Source: Candidatus Obscuribacteraceae bacterium (GTDB taxonomy: Bacteria > Cyanobacteriota > Vampirovibrionia > Obscuribacterales > Obscuribacteraceae). Taken from it: a DNA stretch of 64,000 nt. The DNA lies in contig JBGAHS010000004.1 in NCBI GenBank assembly GCA_044226015.1, forward strand, positions 352,001 through 416,000. Direction: 5' to 3'. The notes beneath the pieces were generated by a model. The model was not told the DNA's origin, did not search any database, and worked only from the letters and a program-made list of their open reading frames with translations. The stretch's first letter is position 1. Every line of letters starts with the position of its first letter. Position numbers and translations under genes: made by a program. This document shows positions 58,593 through 64,000 of the stretch, piece after piece.

Positions 58593-60590
58593 ATGAAAAT
58601 ACGGGTCAAGTCGGCACTATCATTTTTTCTTTCGACCAGTTTCTTTATGACGGCGATTAGTGCTTGCGCGCAGTTAAGTCCAAAAACGGCAAATCAGGCT
58701 CAAAGAGCTTCTTCAAGTCTAGAGTCTACAAAAAAAATTGCGCTGGCTGATCCCGTTCCGTCCGAACCGATTGGCAAATTAAAAGATGGTATTTTGCTTG
58801 TCTATCCACGTGGTGAAAACAATAACAAGATTGACGCGAGCAGCACATTTCTGGTGGGAACACTGAAAGACGGGCGTGCGCTCACCTGCAATGGGCAAGC
58901 TGTAACGGTAAACGCCGATGGTTATTTTGCGCATGTTGTAAAACTGAACTATGGAACTAACGATTTTACGCTTGCAATTCCGGGAAAAGAAGCATTGGGG
59001 CTCAAAATTACGGTGGAAAGACCCGCACCGGCAGCGCCTCTCACTGAGTCTACTTTTAACATCTTGCCAGAGTCTCTTGAACCGAAGGAAAATATTGGTG
59101 TCAGCACAGGTGACATCTTGCAGTTTGCTGCCAGAGCAACACCGGGTTCTCAGATGTCTGTTCTTTTCGGACCCCATGCTATAGCAATGCATCCGGCGCT
59201 AACAAAGCAAGGAAAACATCCCGCTGTCAATCTGGGACTAGACACTGCATTCGGTGTCAGCTTTCAGCGCTCTCCAGCTGCCGTGAAAGACCTTTATCTG
59301 GGCTTTTATAAAGTTCAAGCCAGCGATGATTGGAGCAGAGTTTCGCCTACCTTCGTTTTGAAAAGCGGACCGAAGCAAATCAAGGCTAAAGCTAAAGGTA
59401 CGCTTAGTACTGTAAAACAACCACAGCTTATGCAAACAGCTCATTCAAATTGCATTGTGCGCCTCGGACCTGGGGCCGCTAGAACTACTCCACTTCCAGA
59501 AAATGTTCGCATGGTGGCCGACGGGTTCAAGGGGGACTGGTGGCGGTTTGAACTCTCTTCGGGTAAGCACTGTTGGATCAATAAGGAAGACGTGGTGGCT
59601 GATGATGACAGCACTGCTTTTCCTCAGTCACGCGTCAGTACCATAAATATGGGCACTGATGATTATGGTGCCACCATTTCTGTTCCTCTTACGCAGAGGT
59701 TGCCCTTTCAAATTGAGCAAGATTTGCGAGGGAAAAAACTCTTGTTGCATATTTTTGGTGCTACAGCTGATACCGATTTTGTCACCAGCGATTTAGCTAA
59801 GCCGTCAGATTCTGCTGTGGCAAAACTCATCGATTTCCTTTCGTTCAAGCAGAAGGGTGATAATCACTACGAACTATCCGTGCAACTGCTGAACAGTCAT
59901 CAATGGGGATTCTGGGCTGATTACAAAGATAACACTCTCGTATTACATGTAAAAAATGCTCCGGCGGTCGACCCCGATTCCGGAACAATGAAAGGCTGCG
60001 TCATTTGTGTTGACCCCGGTCATGGTGGCAAAGAAATTGGATCAATTGGTTGCTCTGGCGTCAAAGAAGCAACAGTGAATTTTCAAATCGCTGATAAGCT
60101 GCGTCAGGCACTCGAGTCAATGGGCGCCAAAGTGCTCATGACGAGAAAGGGAGATGATTTTGTCTCTCTTCAAGATCGAGTTGATATGGCTATCGCAGCT
60201 AAGGCAGATTTGTTGATCTCTGTGCACAATAATGCATTGCCTGATGGACGTGACCCATTGACTGAGCACGGCACCTCTGATTACTGGTATCATCCACAGT
60301 CTGTAGAGTTCGCGAGGCTGGCGCAGAAGCAGTTAGTACAAGCCAGTGGTTTTAAGGACTTTGGTAGTCGCTTTCAAAATCTAGCACTCTGTCGGCCAAC
60401 TCAAATGCCTGCCGCACTAATGGAAATTGGGTTTATGATTAACCCCGATGAGCTTTCGAAATTGCAAGATTCGCAGTTTCAGACGACCATTGCTCGTTCG
60501 ATTGCAAATTCCGCCAGGAAGTATGTTTTCGACAAAGTGAAAGAGCAGCAAAAATTGGAAGCTGCAAACAACAATACTGATTCTCAATAA
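58593..60590 (+). CDS. N-acetylmuramoyl-L-alanine amidase (Amidase_3)
   Basis: VDPGHGG, KEATVN, SVHNNA and LMEIGF motifs; signal peptide. Confidence 0.92.
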   Translation: MKIRVKSALSFFLSTSFFMTAISACAQLSPKTANQAQRASSSLESTKKIALADPVPSEPIGKLKDGILLVYPRGENNNKIDASSTFLVGTLKDGRALTCNGQAVTVNADGYFAHVVKLNYGTNDFTLAIPGKEALGLKITVERPAPAAPLTESTFNILPESLEPKENIGVSTGDILQFAARATPGSQMSVLFGPHAIAMHPALTKQGKHPAVNLGLDTAFGVSFQRSPAAVKDLYLGFYKVQASDDWSRVSPTFVLKSGPKQIKAKAKGTLSTVKQPQLMQTAHSNCIVRLGPGAARTTPLPENVRMVADGFKGDWWRFELSSGKHCWINKEDVVADDDSTAFPQSRVSTINMGTDDYGATISVPLTQRLPFQIEQDLRGKKLLLHIFGATADTDFVTSDLAKPSDSAVAKLIDFLSFKQKGDNHYELSVQLLNSHQWGFWADYKDNTLVLHVKNAPAVDPDSGTMKGCVICVDPGHGGKEIGSIGCSGVKEATVNFQIADKLRQALESMGAKVLMTRKGDDFVSLQDRVDMAIAAKADLLISVHNNALPDGRDPLTEHGTSDYWYHPQSVEFARLAQKQLVQASGFKDFGSRFQNLALCRPTQMPAALMEIGFMINPDELSKLQDSQFQTTIARSIANSARKYVFDKVKEQQKLEAANNNTDSQ

Positions 60591-60629
60591 AAATAGCTCG
60601 CCGGGCAGCATGGCGAGCTATTTTTATTG
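60585..60629. terminator. Bidirectional intrinsic terminator
   Basis: caataaaaatagctcgcc...ggcgagctatttttattg between convergent genes. Confidence 0.9.
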
Positions 60630-60648
60630 AGAATTTCAGAATTACTGA

Positions 60649-60837
60649 TTAATCATGTTGCGACGGAGGCAGAGGACCCAATGGGTCCATCTTGAAGCAG
60701 CGTTCTAATTCGATGCGATATTCAAGATTGGTTAGTGCTTCGTCTGAGTAAAACTCGTCTTCCCAATAGCTTTTCTCCCGTCCCCAGAGTTCTTCAATGC
60801 GCTTGGACAGATGGGATGGCAAACTATTATTATTCAT
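60649..60837 (-). CDS. Small acidic hypothetical protein (62 aa)
   Basis: AGAGGA RBS before ATG; ends at the bidirectional terminator. Confidence 0.65.
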   Translation of the reverse strand: MNNNSLPSHLSKRIEELWGREKSYWEDEFYSDEALTNLEYRIELERCFKMDPLGPLPPSQHD

Positions 60838-61130
60838 AATCCTCTAATTTCTAGGTTGGCTGGCAGGGACAACTAAAAATGATGTACAAGTTCGATTGTA
60901 TTCAGATATTACTAAATCGCAATCCTTGACTATCTTATAAACCATTATCCCACCTACGTTTGCAGGATCAATTATGCTTAGAAGAAGAATACGATCGGTT
61001 GCATATGCTCATTTCATATCAGCCATATCGTAAGAGTGAGTGATCGACTTCTATGAGAAAAATTACTGGAAGCAGTGTTAGAATCAAAAGATATCAAGAA
61101 AATTGACAGCAATATCGTGAGACCGGAGAA

Positions 61131-61433
61131 ATGATGAATCTCAAGCTCAGGCTAGAAAGACTTTGTGAGCAACGGAGTTGGTCCCGATTGCACTTTACCG
61201 ACGGAAGCTTTGTCACCGGTCGCATGCTGCGTCTCGGGCATGATTATGTCGAGCTTGAGACTTATGGTGACGACGATAAGCCAGGCGACAGAAACTACTC
61301 CAAACACTTGATTCCCATTGGCTTGATTAAAATGGTGACAGTCGAGTCTTCTGCTTTTGGCGAAATGGAGCGGCGCCGACTCTCCTTTCTTGCACAAATG
61401 GAAACTCAAGAAAGTACTTCCGAATTTGATTAA
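61131..61433 (+). CDS. Small Sm/LSm-like or SH3-like barrel protein
   Basis: GGAG RBS; helix followed by LHFTDGSFVTGRMLRLGHDYVEL...HLIPIGLIKMV. Confidence 0.6.
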   Translation: MMNLKLRLERLCEQRSWSRLHFTDGSFVTGRMLRLGHDYVELETYGDDDKPGDRNYSKHLIPIGLIKMVTVESSAFGEMERRRLSFLAQMETQESTSEFD

Positions 61434-61482
61434 GTCGGTTTAGAAGCTTAGTGAACAGAGCATCTTAAGAAGCTGAATCTAA

Positions 61483-62949
61483 TCAGTCTTTTTTGATGTC
61501 TTCTGGTCGTATAGCTGGAAATCGAGATGTTGCTTCTATGTTTCTGTTCTTTTTGTCAGCAACATAGCCTTCTATATTCCTTTGTTGTGGGCGTGCCACG
61601 CACAGTGCCCCATCAGGAACAGGTTTTGTGACAACGGTTCCTGCTGCAACCATAGCCTCTTCGCCAACAAACACCGGAGCGACGAGAACTGCGTTGCAAC
61701 CAGTGCTTGAGTTGTTTCCAATCACAGTTTTTGATTTCTTACCGCTCAGCCTGTCGTAGTTGGCCGTGAGAGTTCCTGCGCCTATATTTACGTGATGTCC
61801 GAGGGATGCATCTCCGATATAACTAAGGTGAGAAACGTTGGTGTTGTTTGAGATTTGGCTCTTTTTGATTTCCACAAAATTGCCTATTCTGCAGTGCTCA
61901 GACACCAGAGCTTGCTCTCTCAAATGTGCAAAGGGTCCGACTTTGCAGTGAGAAGCTATTTCCGAGTTAATAACTACACTGTGCATCACATGTGTGTGCG
62001 AGCCAATTTTGGCTGGTCCAGTTATTTGAGTATTTGGTCCAATCACGCAGGATTCACCGATTTCAACTTTTCCAGTTATGTAGCACCCTGGTAAAACTGT
62101 GCTTTCCTGTCCGATTGTGACTTCAGGAGCAATCCAAGTGCTGCTTGGGTCAACGATAGTGACACCAGAGTCCAGCAGTAGTTTTTCAATTACCTGGTCA
62201 TGCATATGTTGATTGCATTCCATCAGGTCTTTTCTGGAGTTGATTCCCGCAACTTCGCGCCAGTTAGATGGTGCATCTGAAATCTTGAATTGCTTTTCGC
62301 GAGACCAGGCGAGCAAATCGGTCAAATAGTACTCTTTTTGCTGATTGTCGTTTTTGAGAGCGTAGAGACCTTCTTTGAGTGTCGGCCACTCAAGGCAATA
62401 AATTGCCGGGTTGATTTCTTTGATGCGCTTTTGCTCTTCGGTGGCATCTTTGTGTTCAACAATGGCGGCAACAACTCCGTCGCTGTCTCTGACAATTCGT
62501 CCGTAACTCTTCGCGTCATCCACTACTGTTGTGAGCAGGCTGAAGGCTGCCTCATTGTTGAGGTGGGCGTAAATCAAACCAGCTAGCGTTGTGTCGCTTA
62601 GCAGAGGGCAGTCAGCAACACTCACTAAAAGTGCACCTTCAAAACTTTCCAGAGAGGGAGCCACCTGCATCAGCGCATGACCCGTACCCAATTGTGGACT
62701 CTGTAAATGAGTGCTCCACGGGGTCTTTGGTGGGTTCTTCTTCAGATAGTCCTCTACCTGATCTGCTGCATGTCCAATCACTATATGAACGTGCTCAAGG
62801 TCTAACGAATCAATCGCTGCCAGCAATCGTCCTAAAATCGGAATTCCAAGAACAGGATGAAGTACCTTTGAGAGATTTGACTTCATCCGCTTCCCTTGTC
62901 CGGCGGCTAAAAGAACGGCTCTGACTGGCTTCTTATATCTATTGCTCAT
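61483..62949 (-). CDS. glmU: Bifunctional UDP-GlcNAc pyrophosphorylase / GlcN-1-P acetyltransferase
   Basis: LAAGQGKRMKS, QLGTGHA, YGRIVR, EYYLTD, GNFVEIK and HLSYIGDA motifs; hexapeptide repeats. Confidence 0.96.
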   Translation of the reverse strand: MSNRYKKPVRAVLLAAGQGKRMKSNLSKVLHPVLGIPILGRLLAAIDSLDLEHVHIVIGHAADQVEDYLKKNPPKTPWSTHLQSPQLGTGHALMQVAPSLESFEGALLVSVADCPLLSDTTLAGLIYAHLNNEAAFSLLTTVVDDAKSYGRIVRDSDGVVAAIVEHKDATEEQKRIKEINPAIYCLEWPTLKEGLYALKNDNQQKEYYLTDLLAWSREKQFKISDAPSNWREVAGINSRKDLMECNQHMHDQVIEKLLLDSGVTIVDPSSTWIAPEVTIGQESTVLPGCYITGKVEIGESCVIGPNTQITGPAKIGSHTHVMHSVVINSEIASHCKVGPFAHLREQALVSEHCRIGNFVEIKKSQISNNTNVSHLSYIGDASLGHHVNIGAGTLTANYDRLSGKKSKTVIGNNSSTGCNAVLVAPVFVGEEAMVAAGTVVTKPVPDGALCVARPQQRNIEGYVADKKNRNIEATSRFPAIRPEDIKKD

Positions 62950-63047
62950 ATGATCGATGTTTGTTGGGGATGCACTAATTCAGCCACCTATCGTACAGGA
63001 CTGCCAATCTCAAAAGAGACTCTTTTAGTTTTCCCTCAGTAATTTTC

Positions 63048-63092
63048 AATAAAAGGAAAGAGGTTTGACCAGTGGTCAAACCTCTTTCCTTT
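63048..63092 (-). terminator. Strong intrinsic terminator (19-bp stem)
   Basis: aaaggaaagaggtttgacc-agt-ggtcaaacctctttccttt; U-tract on the minus strand. Confidence 0.85.
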
Positions 63093-63096
63093 ACTA

Positions 63097-63163
63097 TGGC
63101 CGCAGCGTCGGTGCTGCCCCGACGGGCTCGATCCCTCAAACCCCTCGCCTGGAGATACTGCGG
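63097..63163 (-). ncRNA. Non-canonical tRNA-like RNA ending in CCA
   Basis: Hand-folded cloverleaf; see findings. Confidence 0.6.
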
Positions 63164-63276
63164 ATGTGTGCAATCGAAATCGCGATTACTCTTATAGTTT
63201 TACCTCATTTCCAGGAATATTGTCGCTTCTAAGCCTTCCGTTAATATTTGTGTAAACGAATGTATTGTTGGACTGA

Positions 63277-63813
63277 TCAAATGTACTGAATGAGTGAGAG
63301 TAAGAATGTCGATAAGCCAGCTAGACCAAGTAGATTCAAGATTGTAATAGCAAGCTCATCTGAGCTTTCGGAAGAATCTAGATTTAGAATTCCGTCCAAT
63401 TTCCACTTAGAGGCAGATAGACGTTGCAGCTGTTCTTCGAGTTCCTGAATTTTTTCTTTTGAACGTTCATTTTCAATTCTGAGTGTTATTGCCTGCGCTG
63501 CAGTGAAGCGTAGGTCAGGTAGCACTTTAAGCTGTTGGTCGCGCTCATGAACCATTCCATTTAAATATCCAATGAATAACATGGCTCGCTGTAATTTGGA
63601 GTTCGTCACATCGTTACGCAACTCAAGTAAGTCAATTTTCGCTTGCAGCTCTTCCTTTATTATGTCGAATTTTTCGGAGTCGGAAATTATCTCGACCCAT
63701 GGAATTGTCTTTTGCTTCGGCTTGCTGCCAGAACCAAACAAATATTCGAGGGAATCTAAATCGACATCATCAGCAGCTGGAAGGTGAGAAAGGTGCGCTT
63801 GCGTAGTAATCAT
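63277..63813 (-). CDS. Coiled-coil hypothetical protein with C-terminal TM anchor
   Basis: Heptad-rich middle region and hydrophobic C-terminus. Confidence 0.7.
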   Translation of the reverse strand: MITTQAHLSHLPAADDVDLDSLEYLFGSGSKPKQKTIPWVEIISDSEKFDIIKEELQAKIDLLELRNDVTNSKLQRAMLFIGYLNGMVHERDQQLKVLPDLRFTAAQAITLRIENERSKEKIQELEEQLQRLSASKWKLDGILNLDSSESSDELAITILNLLGLAGLSTFLLSLIQYI

Positions 63814-64000
63814 CTTTTAACTCTCGATGTGGTTTGGCCATATTATGGGTCGCACGATCGATATTGTCCAGAACATTTTATCTGTTGCTGGACATTCTCG
63901 GGAACTCTCTGTGTTGGTGGCTGCGCTGTAAATGCTTATGTGTCAGGCGATTTGAAGATCTCACCTTCTATCCCTATTAGCATGAGAAGCCAAAAAGTTT

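Noticed and set aside
63097..63163. tRNA-Pyl, tmRNA acceptor piece, glmS ribozyme or SAM-I riboswitch
   Set aside because: No CUA anticodon, no G3:U70, and the glmS and SAM-I core sequences are missing beyond a GAGGGA...GCCC resemblance.

Overview
This is a chromosomal window of moderate GC from a diderm bacterium. Gene style (CPxC-headed Hanks kinases, TPR-matrixin fusion, DICT-GAF-GGDEF protein, DUF4127, giant Gly/Ser-rich exoprotein) suggests non-photosynthetic Cyanobacteria such as Vampirovibrionia/Obscuribacterales; this is inference only. Housekeeping genes: birA, apt, recJ, glnS, fabV, glmU, cpdA, potA-like ATPase, TolC, amidase and tRNA-Ala(GGC). I found no CRISPR array, transposase, integrase or prophage. 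Most notable observations: (1) a 67-nt non-canonical tRNA-like cloverleaf ending in CCA with its own terminator upstream of glmU; (2) a ~0.95 kb intergenic region holding a 22-bp-period repeat array, a second triple repeat and a highly structured ~170-nt RNA candidate; (3) a ~170-aa C-terminal domain shared by a 3110-aa adhesin-like protein and an otherwise unrelated 610-aa secreted protein, a candidate lineage-specific sorting domain; (4) a chimeric rhomboid/birA duplication that places two different cargos in tandem at one locus; (5) a convergent pair of paralogous receptor kinases; (6) several enzyme domains with degenerate catalytic motifs.
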